Source of the DNA: the human T2T-CHM13v2.0 reference genome, Homo sapiens
Reading direction: 5' to 3' (one strand)
Length of the DNA: 64,000 nucleotides
Assembly: GCF_009914755.1 (NCBI RefSeq)
Contig: NC_060930.1
The notes beneath the pieces were generated by a model. That model made no database searches, had not been told where the DNA came from, and was given only the letters and a program-made list of their open reading frames with translations. Both the position numbers and the translations under genes were made by a program. Shown piece after piece: positions 20,431-44,759 of this stretch. Every line of letters starts with the position of its first letter. The stretch's first letter is position 1.

Positions 20431-21089
20431 AAAAAGGGAAAAAGGAAATTTAGTTTTAACTATAACGATGTTTCTAGAAACATCTGACGAGTACATTCGT
20501 ACCTCATTTCTGTTACTAATCATATTTAATTGCTCAAATCATGAAGATACTAAGTTGAAGGTGGCTTTGAAACTCATTTCAAACCAGATATGCCAAGTTT
20601 TGTTCAAATTTTGTTTAGAAGTCTACTTACTGCTCGTCTTAGATATGGAGAAGTAACATAATTAAGTAACCAGTCCTGGTGTTTAGTGCTCTGCAAACAA
20701 CCAACAGCAGGGGAATGAAGCAAACGAAAGATGTCTTAACAGCAAGGAAGCAATGTTTCAGCACCAGAAAGGCCAAAAGAGGGTTACAATAGCCACAGAT
20801 CAAAAAGGAAGGTTGGGAAACTCCAGAGTTCAGTTATTAGCTTTTTTGTTGTTACTAAATACATTCTACCACTCACTTCCAGCTTTAAAAGTAGAGTTTT
20901 TCCAGTCTTAACACAGCTGTAAATTATATTAATCAAAGCAAATAAATGGTTCTATATCAAAGATGTACGTAAGAATTGCCGAAGAACTTTTCCAAAATGC
21001 ATATGTCTACTGCACATATCCCTTTCCTATTTAAGAATCATAGACAATTTCTCTGCCTCATATAGAAAGCAAACAACAACAAAAAAAAC

Positions 21090-22160
21090 CCCATGTATCT
21101 CAGGGAGTGACAAGTTCTATGTGACAAAGAAAAGTGATAAAGTGGGGGTTATTTCAAATAAAGTAGTCAGGAAGACATCTCTAAAGAGATTATGTTGAAC
21201 AAAGACCTGCATTAGGTGAAGGAGAAAGCACATCCAAAGGTCCAAGGTAAGTATGAGCTTCACAAGACTAGGGAAAGAAAATAGGATTTTGAGTGGAATA
21301 GATGCAATTAAAGGATTTAAAACGGGGAAGTAATATGATTTGATTAACACTTAAGACCACTCAGGCCACTATGTGATAATGTAACATGAAGGGAGAAAAA
21401 CAGAAGCAGAGAAAGGAAATTAGGAGGTCACTGTATTGATCCATTTGCGAAATGATGATGGCATGGGCTATAATGAGTTAATGGAAAAAGTAAAAAGTGG
21501 TTGGTATTGGATTTTTTTTTTCTTTTTTTTTTGAGACAGGGTCTCACTCTGTCACCCAGGCTGTGGTGCAGTCTTGGCTCACTGCAATCTCTGCCTCCTG
21601 GGTTCTAGCGATTCTCGTGCCTCAGCCTCCTGAGTAGCTGGGATTTCAGTTGCACGCCACCACCCCAGCTAACTTTTGTATTTTTGGTAGAGACAGGGTT
21701 TCACCAGGTTGGCCAGCCTGGTCTTGAACTCCAGATATCAGGTGATCCACCCACCTCAGCCTCCCAAAGTGCTGAGATTACAGGCATGAGCTATTGTGCC
21801 CAGCCGGTATTGGATATATTCTGAAGGTAGAACACATAGAAACAGCTGATGGACTAGGTGTAGACAAAGGAAAAAGAATTAAGAATTAACCTAAAAGGTT
21901 CAGGTTCTAAGCTTTTAGTCTGAATGGCTGGGTGAACAGGGGGATAATTTACAAAAACAGGATGTGTAGGGTGAAACAAGCATTCTATTTTGAAAATGTT
22001 ACATTTGAGATATTTATCAGATATCCAAATGGAGTCGTCAAGCAGACAGTTGGACATAAAAAGTTGGATTAAGTATAGAGATGAACTGAGGCTAGAGACA
22101 TCATGGGACTTGATGAAATCCCCCAGGAAGAGAGGAGGGCCAAGGGCTGAGTCCTTTTTC
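21090..22160 (-). mobile_element. L2 fragments interrupted by Alu (21512-21806, -)
   Basis: L2-like TTTGAGATATTTATCAGATATCCAAATGGAG...CAGTTGGAC; Alu TSD GGTATTGGAT. Confidence 0.7.
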
Positions 22161-23182
22161 AATTAAGAGGAAGGGCCTATCTATTTAAGTTCTCATTAAT
22201 TGGTATAAGCAAAAAGTAAACAATAAGGGCAAGGCACTGCTATAGACTTAAAGCTTTAGTTTTTCTTCGGTAATCAAAGCATGCCTAAAATAAATATGCC
22301 AACATACAGTTATATGAACTGACATGTACAAGCTATGAATGAGACTATCTTGCCCCAGCGATCTAGGGCACCCTGGCTGGTGAAAGCTGAAAGCCTTCCT
22401 CTCAATTGTGTGCTATTCAATGGGGTTACAATGAAGGTCCTACAGTTAATTAACTATAACTCCATCATTCCTGGGGAACAAATGCTTGCCTCTCTCAATT
22501 CCTCCTGCTTCTTTCCCTGTTTAGAATGTCTGACTTGGGGAGCTGTGCATTTAATCACTCCCATCTCTTGAATACAGCAAATACCCAGCTCTCCTTTACC
22601 TTCACTGAGAGCAATGCCTGGGATTCTGCACATACCAACTGCAGGGATCTACTGTAAAGACACAGGTCCTAGTGATTTTATTACAGAACTGTGAAAGAGA
22701 TGAGATTATACTCTGTTTTTTTGGTGTTTGTATTACCTCTGTTTAGCGGAACACTGGCAGCAAAAACAAGTAAACAAAAGCAAACCTATAGCTTTCATTG
22801 TATAGGATAAGGAAATTGTACAAAAAGAACTCAAAATATTACTTACTAAAATGGCATTCAAAATCCAGCCTCCAGTGACTTACTGCTGTTGAATAAAGGT
22901 GACAATCTTTGGTGAAATCTAAAGAGCTATTGTGCATAGTGCTAGAAGTTATAACCACCTGCAGACATTTCTGCCGTTTCATTCGGGCAGCTCAGATTGG
23001 GAATTGGTGATGATGGAGAAAGAGCTCTTGGGTCAAATTACTACACTTTGGATTTTGATAGTTTAAGGATTTTAGTAGCCTTAAGAGTTCTAGACAGACA
23101 AGACAGTTATGGATAAACCCCTTTGGATCCCATTTCTGAAAGATTCACTCCCTTACTGAAACACCTGACCAAGAATTAAGTT

Positions 23183-23851
<669 letters not shown>

Positions 23852-24283
23852 AATATTCTCTAGTTTTTTCCCTAATCTTTCCCTTGATTAGTAATTGGCC
23901 AACTTCTGGGGTTTATGAAGACATGCACTTCACCCCATGTCCTAAATATGTGTAGCTATACTCCTAGAACCTCTCACAAGTGCCAGTGGGAGTCCTACAA
24001 ATCCTGCCCTGAATTTCAGAGAGCAAAAGGTGAAGAAAAGGAACATATCCCAGAAAGCAATCACTTCAGAAGAGGAATTTACCAGAAAAGGAAGACAACT
24101 GGGGACTACAAACATACTTTCCCACAGTGGGAGGAAGGGCATTCAAAGGCCAGAGAAGAAGATAATCTCATCCTGCCAGTTATGGTCCTACCTGTCCTGA
24201 CTCCAGCATTCGGAGATTGTTTTTTTTTTTTTTGAGACAGAGTCTCACTGTTGTGTTCTTCACAAATATTTTCCCCTTTCCCC

Positions 24284-24582
24284 CTTTTTTTTGTTTTTTT
24301 GAAATGGAGTCTTGCTCTGTTGCCCAGGCTGGGGTGCAGTGGTGTGATCTCAGCTCACTGCAGCCTCTGCCTCCCAGGTTCAAACAATTCTTGTGTCTCA
24401 GCCTCCTGAGTAGCTGAGGTTACAGGCATGTGCCACCATGGCCAGCTAATTTTTGTATTTTTAGTAGAGACAGGGTTTCTCCATGTTGGCTAGGCTAGTC
24501 TCGAACTCCTGGCCTCAAGTAATCTGCCTGCCTCAGCCTCCCAAAGTGCTGGAATTACAAGTATAAGCCACTACACCTGGGC
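24284..24582 (-). mobile_element. Alu (S-type), preceded by a short Alu-tail fragment 24219-24255
   Basis: Alu consensus. Confidence 0.9.
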
Positions 24583-25350
24583 CCCCTTTTCCCTTTTTAT
24601 AACTGCCCTTCTAACTATTCCTCAATCATCAATGTAGAGGCAATCTCAACTTGTTCCATCTCATTACCTCTCAGAGAGGGTCCTAATCTTTCCATCAATT
24701 AATTACATTGGATGCAGGATGATCCATCTCTTCAGGCACTTCCGATATTCCAGAATTTTTGCTCTATGATCAAATTTAAAGCAACATTTTGTTTTTCTAT
24801 GTCGACTGGCAAAATAAAAACTTGAGGATCAAATGGGGCTCAATTTTTCATGATATTGTCTCATGTCAGGTAAGTACTTCCATTCCTTGGTCAAGAAAAT
24901 TCTGACATGTGAGTGGGTCCAGAACTATGAGGTGAGATTAATTACGCCTTTATCTTTCAGCCTTACTTCTTAAGCCTGACATTAGAAATACTTTATTAAA
25001 TATCAAGCAGGATCTACTGCCCCCCAAACAAAACAGAAATGTGGAATAAAAAAAAAATGTCATTTTCTTACAGTAAACAACTAATCCACTACTAAAAACT
25101 ACATCTTAGCAAATCCACATTTTAATAAATCAGATGCCATCTATTAACCAGCTACACTTTATAGTTGGTGGCATCTCTATCATTTATGATTTTCTATAGC
25201 AAATCAACTCAAATAAAATTCCTCAATAAGCAAAGCTTTAAAGTGTGGCAAGAAAGAAGCCTGAGATTTTATTCCAATATTCTCTCATTTTGTGCAACAA
25301 TATTAAAACCTTACTTCAGACAGTTCACCAGCTTTACAGACCAATGATAT

Positions 25351-25776
<426 letters not shown>

Positions 25777-25917
25777 TTAAAACAGGTTGGAATTGTTATC
25801 TGCCCTCTTTCTCAAGTTTTTCCCAGAGTTGCCTGTGAATATTAAATGTTACTTGAAATGAGAGCATAATATGTTTCTGTTTATTCATTAGGTAGTATAC
25901 AAATATTTATTAAACCC

Positions 25918-26900
<983 letters not shown>

Positions 26901-27511
26901 GTCAGGCAATGAATCCAGACAGTTATACATAACAGCCATGATTCCTGACAATATGGGGCTTACAACATAGAAGAGAAACAAGTAAACAAACACGATTAGA
27001 AATTGTGGTGATTAAAGATATTAAGGAGTATAATACATTTTAAGAAACAATGTAACACATTCCAACATGAGGATATTAGTAGGAAATCATTTATCATCAA
27101 CTAAATCTGACCACTGGAACAGTTGCTTGCCAGAGGCAAAATAGCCATTTATGAATCTATGAATGATTGGGATTCACATCTTGGGAGCTGCAAAGGTATC
27201 TGAGGAGCTGCTGAATTGTACAAAATGAAGCAGTTTCCAGGGGTTTCTTTGGTCTGAAAATAGATGAGTGCTAAAAATGCAAAGATACTTGTAATCTCCT
27301 AATCAAAACCAACAACACCTCTTAGTAGTTGTTTTCATTATTTCCCCCCACTAACAATCTGTAGTAAGAAACTTTTGGTTCCTTCACCTAACAGGAACTT
27401 AGCAGTAACCAAATGAAATGCCAGACAGGTTTTTGAATTCGGACCTCTCTAGACATAGAATTTAGAATACCTATGGTAAATCATCTGTGTTACGTTCTTT
27501 TCTGCTAGTTA

Positions 27512-27844
<333 letters not shown>

Positions 27845-27941
27845 TTATGTTATTAGCTCCAACAATCCTTTGCCTTACACACAGCTACTCCAAATTATTT
27901 TTACAAACAAATGAGCCTAAACTTAATATACACAGGTCTAG

Positions 27942-28139
<198 letters not shown>

Positions 28140-28429
28140 TAATAAGTATCTTTCTGTGCCTTTATTGGGATGTTGATGTTCTACCTAGAGTATTTTTTGC
28201 TCTTTTGGTCAAATTTCATCTAGTACCCTTTGAAGCCCTGGTGTATACTAGTTTTCTACCTGAAGTTTTCTCTGAGTAATTTCCTCTTTTCACAAATACT
28301 GTTCCCTGTTTTTAAATTTCAATAGGATTAGAGAATTGTCTTCCACACTTTCCTATCACATTTGAATATTTGAATTTTGTTTCCTGTATATGACTCATAC
28401 TAAGCTTCTTTTTGTCCTTCATTATTCAT

Positions 28430-29720
28430 TTATTTTTTATCATGGAAAATTTCAAATATATACAAAAGTAGAAAGAATCATGAACCCCATGCCATTTATT
28501 ATACTAGTGTCACCTAGCAATTACCACTCATTGCCAGTCTATTTTCAACTGTATCCCAACCCTGCCACCACACCTACACCAGATTTTGAAGTACATACTA
28601 GACATTTTCTTTTCATTCATAAATATGGCTTTCTGAAAGATCATTCTTTTTAACTGTGACACTTTGTCACCTAAAAAAAAAAAATTAAGATGCAAAACCA
28701 AAGAATCAGAGTTTCAATGTTGAAAGTGCACATCAAATTTTTAGTATAAGAGGTGAAAACAGGCTGAGTGAGGCATATCACTATGAAATTATCTTACAGA
28801 CTTCCACTGGGGGAAAAGTTTCATATAAAGATCAAGAATCAGAATGGCATCGGTCTTTAGTACCATCAAAACTGGAAACTATAAAACAATGGAGCAACGA
28901 CATTCTGAAAGAAAATGTTTTCTAACCTAGAATTCTCTACAAAGCCAACTGAGAGTGAAAGCAGAATAAAGACTATCAGATGTGCAAATCCCACCCTTCC
29001 CCCACCCAATCTCATACCCTTTCTCAGGAAACTATTGCTTGTTGCATGTACTCTACAAAAAAGATGACATAAACCAAGAAAGATAGGAGACACGGAAAAC
29101 AGGGGACATATATATAGAGAAAACAATAAATCTCCAGGATGATGGTGAAGGGAAATCCCAAATGACGTAATGTAGCAGACCTATAGGGCAACCCAATCAG
29201 ATCAATACAGATTAGAAGACTCCAGGTTCTAGGACACAGCGCTTTAGAAAGATAATAGTAGAAAGAACACTCAATGTATCTGTACATATTAAAGTGTATT
29301 TACAACACTGGGTAAAAGTATGGGATTGAATTAAGTGATCAACAGTACAAAGAAAACTAAGCAAGTGAAACATGTTATGTAGAAAGGAAAAGGAACCATA
29401 ATATATGCTCAGTTCAGCTGAGGATAGCCTTAGAGTCTCAATGATATAAACATGGTATGATCATGTAGCCAAAAATTAGATTACATTGGGGAAATGAGGA
29501 ATTCGTGCTGTGGTGCTAGATAAGCCCCATTTTCCGGGAGGAAAAAAATAATATGTAACACTGAAAACAAAATTGGATTAATATAACCTGTTATTTATTA
29601 GTGATATAAAGGTAAATACTGTTAAGGGGAGTGAAAAACTGGTGAAAGAAGTAGGCAGATTTTTAAATAAAAGCTTATATAACTGTCTCCCCCACTGTGT
29701 ACACGCATGATTGATAAGCA
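28430..29720. mobile_element. Highly decayed ancient L1M fragments (both orientations)
   Basis: AAAATTTCAAATATATACAAAAGTAGA (3' end, minus) and ORF1-like TTTCTAACCTAGAATTCTCTAC (plus). Confidence 0.5.
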
Positions 29721-29750
29721 AAAAAAGAAAAAAGAATAAAAAGCTTAGTA

Positions 29751-29981
29751 CAGTGGTCCATCAGTGTACTTCAGGGATTAGTTTCAGAATCCCCCGAGTA
29801 TAAAATCTGTGCATACTCAAGTTTCACAGTTGGCCCAGAACTCAAATATACAAAAAGCCAGCCCTTCATATATGTGCATTTCACATCCCTTGAATATTGT
29901 TTTCGATCCTTGTTTGGTTAAAAAAATCTGTGCATAAGTGGACTTGTGTAGTTCAAACCTATGTTGTTCAAAAGTTGACTG
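29751..29981. mobile_element. MER8-like TcMar-Tigger element
   Basis: TA|CAGTGGTCC...GTTCAAACCTATGTTGTTCAAAAGTTGACTG|TA. Confidence 0.8.
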
Positions 29982-30172
29982 TATGTTTAATAATACAGCT
30001 CGTTAAAAATTATGTAAAATTCCATTACTGAATGCCAGATGCTGATGTGCTGAAGAGATCAAGAAGTGAGATCCAATCTGAATTCAATGGGGTGCAACAC
30101 ACATGTATTGTTCACCGCTGTGTCCTAATGCCTACATCAGAGTATGTGCCAGCATGTTTGCTGAATGAGTGA

Positions 30173-30484
<312 letters not shown>

Positions 30485-30513
30485 GAACGCAGTCATTTTA
30501 AATGCAGAGACAC

Positions 30514-30705
30514 TGCTATGGTTTGAATGTTTGTCCCCTTTGAAACTAATATTGAAACTTAATGTCCAATGTTAACAGTACTAAGAGGTGAGACCTTTTA
30601 GCCTTTAAGAGGTGACTGGGTCATGAGGGGGTCTGCCTTCATGAATGGATTAATGGGTTATCACAGGGTGTGAATGAATTAACAGAGTAGGCTTGTTATA
30701 AAAGT
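30514..30705 (+). mobile_element. MST-type MaLR LTR 5' fragment
   Basis: TGCTATGGTTTGAATGTTTGTCCCC...GGGTCATGAGGG...CATGAATGGATTAATG. Confidence 0.8.
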
Positions 30706-30899
30706 TGAAGAGAGATTAATTCTGTTGTGATGTAAGTAACAGAAGACTCCACCGGAATAAAGTGTGCCACATAGGTAAGAAAACACACATGAAGGTGTTC
30801 CAAACATAAAGGCACCAGAGCCTGAAACATGGTGTGGGCAGGAAATTGGCAAGCATTTGATGTTTGTACGGTGTGATACTTGTTACAGAGTCAATACGT

Positions 30900-31390
30900 T
30901 TCTCCACAATTTACTTGCTAAAATATTTATTGAGTACCTACTCTGTACCAGGCACTGTTCTAAGTACTAAATATAGATACAGTGGTAAACCAGAAAAACT
31001 TTGTTGTGATATGATGTACATTCTAGTGAGAGGCTTATTAAGCAAATAAACATATAATATTAGATTGTGTTAAGTGTTGTGGAGAAAAAAAAAGTTACAG
31101 GGAGAAAGGAAGAGTGAGCAAATACCTGAGTGAATATGATAAAGGTATAAGTGTTTGGAGAGTGGCGGTTTGCTAATTACATTAGGTGTTCAGGGGAAGA
31201 GCTCCCTGATAAGTGACATCTGGGTAAGAACTTAAAGAAATTGAAGGAGTTGTACGTGAAGAGGATTCCAAGCAGAAGGAAGAGTAAGCTCTCTTTGCTT
31301 GGTGGTGTGTGGGCCATGGTAAGGACTTTGGTATTCATTCTGAAGGGAGCCACTGCAACGTTTAGCGAATATATGACTTGACTTACATTT
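30900..31390 (-). mobile_element. L2 fragment (resumes at about 37505-37640 after the L1 block)
   Basis: AAATATTTATTGAGTACCTACTCTGTACCAGGCACTGTTCTAAG. Confidence 0.78.
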
Positions 31391-37503
<6,113 letters not shown>

Positions 37504-37865
37504 GTATCACTCTGATAGATGTGTTGCCAATAGTCTACGGGGAGCAAGGGCAGCAGAAGGGAGAAAGTGAAGAAGCTATTGCAGTCACTACTGAAGTCAT
37601 CCAGGGTGACCTGGACCAGATGATAGCGTAGTGGAGTAATTCTAATTACTTGGAAAGCTGCTCCACATTCTTATTAGTCAGTGCTAAGCTGGCTTTGTTT
37701 TTTCTAAAAGGTTATCACAATATTCTACAATCAATATGGGAAGTAAGATCCTTCTGAGGTCTGAACCATGTCCCATTTAAAAGCATATGGCTCTTTGAGT
37801 ACTGTCATTTATGTGTGAATCATTCTATTATAAATTTTAAAAAGATGTCCATTAAAAATAACCTT

Positions 37866-38171
<306 letters not shown>

Positions 38172-38272
38172 TTATTAGATACACAGTAAAAAACAACAGT
38201 ATAAATAATTCGCCAATTAAAATGAGATTCCACTATTTAGCCTGAAGATCATACAAGAAAATACTTTTCTGA

Positions 38273-38614
<342 letters not shown>

Positions 38615-39335
38615 TAACTGAAGTATCCTTTCTAGAGTGTAATATGACACTATACATCAAAAAACATATAATTATTTCTAATTACATGTCATTACGAATA
38701 ACTAAAAATAAGTTAAATGACACTATACATCATAAAGCCCTTTTAAAAATCACAGAACTTCTGACTTAGCAATTCTATGTCTAGGACATGTCCTAAGAAA
38801 AACTATACAAAGATTTGCGTGCAGAGTCTCATCACAAAGAGCTGTCAAAAATATGTAGATTAAAGTGTACTAGGGAAACAATGTAATGAACTGAATTGTA
38901 TTTAAATTTCTGGCTGACAAAGCAAAGTGTCCAAAATATGTTAAGTGAATTAAAAGGAGGTTACAATTTATAAGTTAGTCATCAATTTTGAAAATGGGAG
39001 TAGGGGAGTATGAACATAGGCACTGAGTGTCTGAAAGTTAATAATGATATATATATTAAAAACAAGATTGGCCAGGAGTTGACATTACTGAATCTGGGTG
39101 ATGGGTATCTGGAGTGGGGTGGGGTAACAGAAGGACTTTTCATGATCACGATTACCATTCTACTTTCGTAAGTATATTTAAACTTTTCCATAGTAAAAGG
39201 TTTTTTTAAATGTAAAAAAATATTCACTGAAGTGTTGTATCAATCTGGGTACAGAATTATGGATGTTTTGCATAACTAAGTCCAAATTCTCATTCATCCT
39301 CCCAGTCACTTCAAAACACCATTAAGGCAAGTTTA

Positions 39336-39458
<123 letters not shown>

Positions 39459-39813
39459 TCATCAATAAGACTGTTCAATGAACAGAGAAATACTCAATGA
39501 GTAATAAAGCTCTCCAAGGTAAGAGTAATACAGTCAGCAATACCCAAGTGACAACTTACATTTTCTGAGACAAAAAGAGCACAGCAACGCCTTGAGTTTC
39601 CAGAATTAAAAACCTCTGCCCTCACAGCAACAAATGAAGTGCTGTGTACTCAGTACATGATGGATAAAGTTAGCTACAGATTACAATTTAAACGTAACTT
39701 AGACACACCTGTTGTAAAGCTATAGTTACAAAAACAATCATACTTTTAGTCTAGAAATCTGTGAATGTGTTGTGCAGGGAAGGAGTGTTGAGGAAGTATA
39801 GCTGCATAGGTAC

Positions 39814-40233
39814 CTTTGTTGTCCAGTGGTCCGTTATGTTCTTGCTCTTGTTCATCTTCACAGGGTATCTCTGCCCGAATGCTTTCTTGAAGTTGGCTAA
39901 TGTGTTGTTCACTGAATGACTGACCTACAGTTGAGGAAGACTGGCACACCATGGTGTCTGACACCTCAGATGTTATAGGTGTACAAGAGTCTGTTTCTTG
40001 AGATGTGCTGCTGTCTCCATTTTGGGAGCTTAGGAAACTAGATTCCTGATTCAAATTTTGGACATCACAGTCATTAGCATTATGTAGATCCTCTTTATGT
40101 CTCAATGTTTCATTATTACTGTTCTGAGTATAATTAATGACTTCAATCACTCCATTGCAATTAATTTCTGCTGCACCACCCTCTGTATCACGTTCCATAA
40201 GCGTTTGATCCTGGCCAATGGTACTTGACTCTT
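39814..40233 (-). CDS. SRPK1: SRPK1 exon 11 (420 nt): ESSTIGQ...NGPLDNK, acidic spacer domain
   Basis: Acceptor TTCCTTAG|AAG, donor AAG|GTACCT; ORF 39746..40360(-). Confidence 0.96.
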
Positions 40234-40571
40234 CTAAGGAACAAACGAACAAAAAAAGATATATGCATATGTGTGTGAGTGAAAGAACAGAAACATTTCT
40301 CACAAGATTAAAACATTTTCTAGAACTTATACTGAGTGACATAAAAACATGACTAAACATCTAAAACCTATTTCCGGAAGGGCCAAGATCTTACTTTTAC
40401 CCAATTGTTAAATGAAATCTATGTTCCATTTCCTGAGAAAAGTTACAAATTACATTTAAATATTACCTGCCTAACATTTATGACAAGATCCATATTCTTA
40501 TAAAGATACCCCCAGAGATGTGTTGTATGTATGAAACCACTGTATTATATAGCAATGATAAATTAACGTTA

Positions 40572-40856
<285 letters not shown>

Positions 40857-41265
40857 TCAGGTGGCTAATTAATTACCCCCAGTTGGAGATAGTTGTTAAC
40901 TTTAATTACTTCCTAATTAAATTTCACAAATCTTTCCCTAACATAGCACTTAAGTCTTTCATTAAATTAAAAGATGCGGGATACTCTTATAAACCCAAAT
41001 AAAAACAGAATAAATAACAAAGTGTGGTCTTCTGAGCAGTCCGTGGGGTTGGTTTACATTCAGACAAACTCGAATTTTTTAGAGGCCTCACCAGTACAAA
41101 TGTGATGAAGGTGCATGGGAATTTACTGGAGAAAATTATAGAAGCGCAGGAATTTTTTTTCCTTTTGGTTCTCAAACTTGAAACAAACTGTTACCATCCA
41201 CAACAGAAGAACCCATGCCCATAGTCCATAGATCAAAATTAAATATAAAAACACCTTATACTTAC

Positions 41266-41291
41266 TGGTTTAGGCTGGGGAGCAGTACTGA
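41266..41291 (-). CDS. SRPK1: SRPK1 exon 9, 26-nt microexon: (V)STAPQPKP
   Basis: Acceptor TTTTCTTTTCTTTTCAG|TC, donor CCA|GTAAGT; needed to join phase 1 (exon 8) to phase 0 (exon 10). Confidence 0.93.
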
Positions 41292-42065
41292 CTGAAAAGA
41301 AAAGAAAACCAAGTAAGAATTCTGGCATTCATCAGGCAATATAAACTAAGGCTCAGATAAAACACTCTACCAGAATGAAAAGTCTTTCTTATGTAGTCTA
41401 CATTGCAGAGAAAACTATTGTTTTTAAATGACTTAAGTAGAAGCTATATTATTACCATTTTTAAAGAAAATAATGAATAGAAATTGCCAAACTTAAAAAA
41501 AAGGGATAAATAAAATTCTTCCTCCCCAGGTAAACTAAAGTTGCTAAAAATCACCTATTTTCCATTCCCATGCACTGCTTAAAATAGAATGGGACAAGCA
41601 ACAACCTCTTCACCTCAAATGCTACCCAGAATCTGTCAGTTTTAAAAGGGGAGTCTAGGTGACATCAAGAGCTATAGTAATTTGCTCTACAGCATGTCAT
41701 GGATAACAGTGTAGCTTAGCTGGAAGGTAGGATCTTCAGTCTTCCTCTTTTTAAAATATTAGTATAATAACTGTGGTTAACAAAAAACACATAATAAAAA
41801 TTTATACTCTAGATAAGTGTACATTCAGTGGTTTTAACACTATTCACACTGTTGTATAACAGGATCTGTAGAATGTTTTCATCTTGTAAAACAGAAACTA
41901 CATCCATTTAACAACCAACTCCCCATTTCCCCCTTCTTTAGTCTTCCTTTTTAAAGAAGTGTATAACTAATAACTCAACTTGAGGATCAAGCAAGTTCCT
42001 AAAAAATGACACACTACTAAAACTAAAATCTGTATCTCAAAAGAAAAAAAATCATAAAGCAGCCT

Positions 42066-42373
42066 TTATTTATTTATTTAATTTTATGTCTTAGACAGGG
42101 TCTCACTTTGTTGCCTATGCTCGAGTGCAGTGGTACTATCACAACTCGTGGCAGCCTTGACTTCCTAGGCTCAAGCAATCATCCTGCCCCAGCCTCCTGA
42201 GTAAATGGACTACAGGCACGCATCACTATGCCTGGCTAATTTTTTTAATTTTTGTAGAGACAGGGTCTTACTGTGTTGCCTAGGCTGGTCTCAAACTTCT
42301 GGGCCCAAATCATCCACCCACCTCAACCTCCCAAAGTGTTGCGTTACAGGCATGAGCCACTGTGCCTGGTCCC
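42066..42373 (-). mobile_element. Alu (J-type)
   Basis: Diverged Alu consensus. Confidence 0.88.
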
Positions 42374-42856
42374 GCAATTTATTTGGTATATAATATTGTG
42401 TGGCACACTACTAACTGCTTTACCATTTAATCCCAATAATTCGCAGTTGAGGGAAAATAAAGTAAAATAACTCAGCTAAGGTTTCTCAGTCTAGGATGAA
42501 GCCCAAATTCAAACCAAGTCTGTCTACTCCAGTGTTTAAACCTAAACTATTAATAGCAATGTTATCTTGTCCCTCTACAGACTACCAGTCCTATAAATGA
42601 GCATGTGTGATCACAGTTAGAGGTAAACACTTCAAAAATCATCAACTCATAAGAAAAAATATTTTTAAACAATACACACCAGCTTTTATAACATACAACA
42701 CAAAGACACAATATCTAGTTTTCTCCTTCCCCTATGGAAGTAACAGTGAGAATGTCTCTTGGAAGCTGATAATGTTTCTTAAATATGTTATTGTTGAAAT
42801 GGATTGAGTGGTGTTTAATTCCCTGGTAACAGAATAAAAATAGAAATTTCTTTTTA

Positions 42857-43252
<396 letters not shown>

Positions 43253-43797
43253 TTACAATAAAAAATTCTTCAATGTTTTACAAAGCTGATTCTATTTGGA
43301 GATATTCTTCAACTATGTACAATGCAAAGACTGAGAATAAACTTCAACACACACACACCCTCTAAGTGTTGTAATGTAGGTGCTGACAGACATTTAGATA
43401 TCTTTAATTCAAATTTCCTCACTGAGGAAGAATTGAGGTCTCTTGCTGCCCAGTTTGGAGCTCTTTCCAGGACATATAATCCAAACAAATTTTTGCACCT
43501 TGAAGTATTAATATTTTCCTGATGGTAAAATCTATACTGTATATTGAAGGCTCTTTAGAAAATTAGAAAATGCCTATGAATCATGCTGTATAAAGAGATG
43601 GCAATAATCTGACATAGCAATTATCTATTCATGTAAAATTACTATTTGCAACCAGAACTTCTGGATAAGGGCTCCAATGTTCCCAAGTCAGGAACCTCAG
43701 CTTCCCTTTCTAATTATTATAGGAGGCAAACCTGGGGGAAAATGGTTATGCTAAAACATTTAAAAAGAGAATAAGCACAATAAATTCTAAAGGTTGA

Positions 43798-44458
<661 letters not shown>

Positions 44459-44537
44459 TTAAAACAAAAATTCTATTGGAAAAAATAAAGTCCTGACACT
44501 TCAAGAATATTAAAAAATCACTACATAGTCAAGACTA

Positions 44538-44759
<222 letters not shown>

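Noticed and set aside
24849-24910. CATGTCAG...CTGACATG inverted repeat with terminal CTGA, suggesting a C/D snoRNA or pre-miRNA; also CAG|GTAAGT on +
   Set aside because: No RUGAUGA C box, stem only 8-9 bp, wrong strand for an intron-hosted snoRNA
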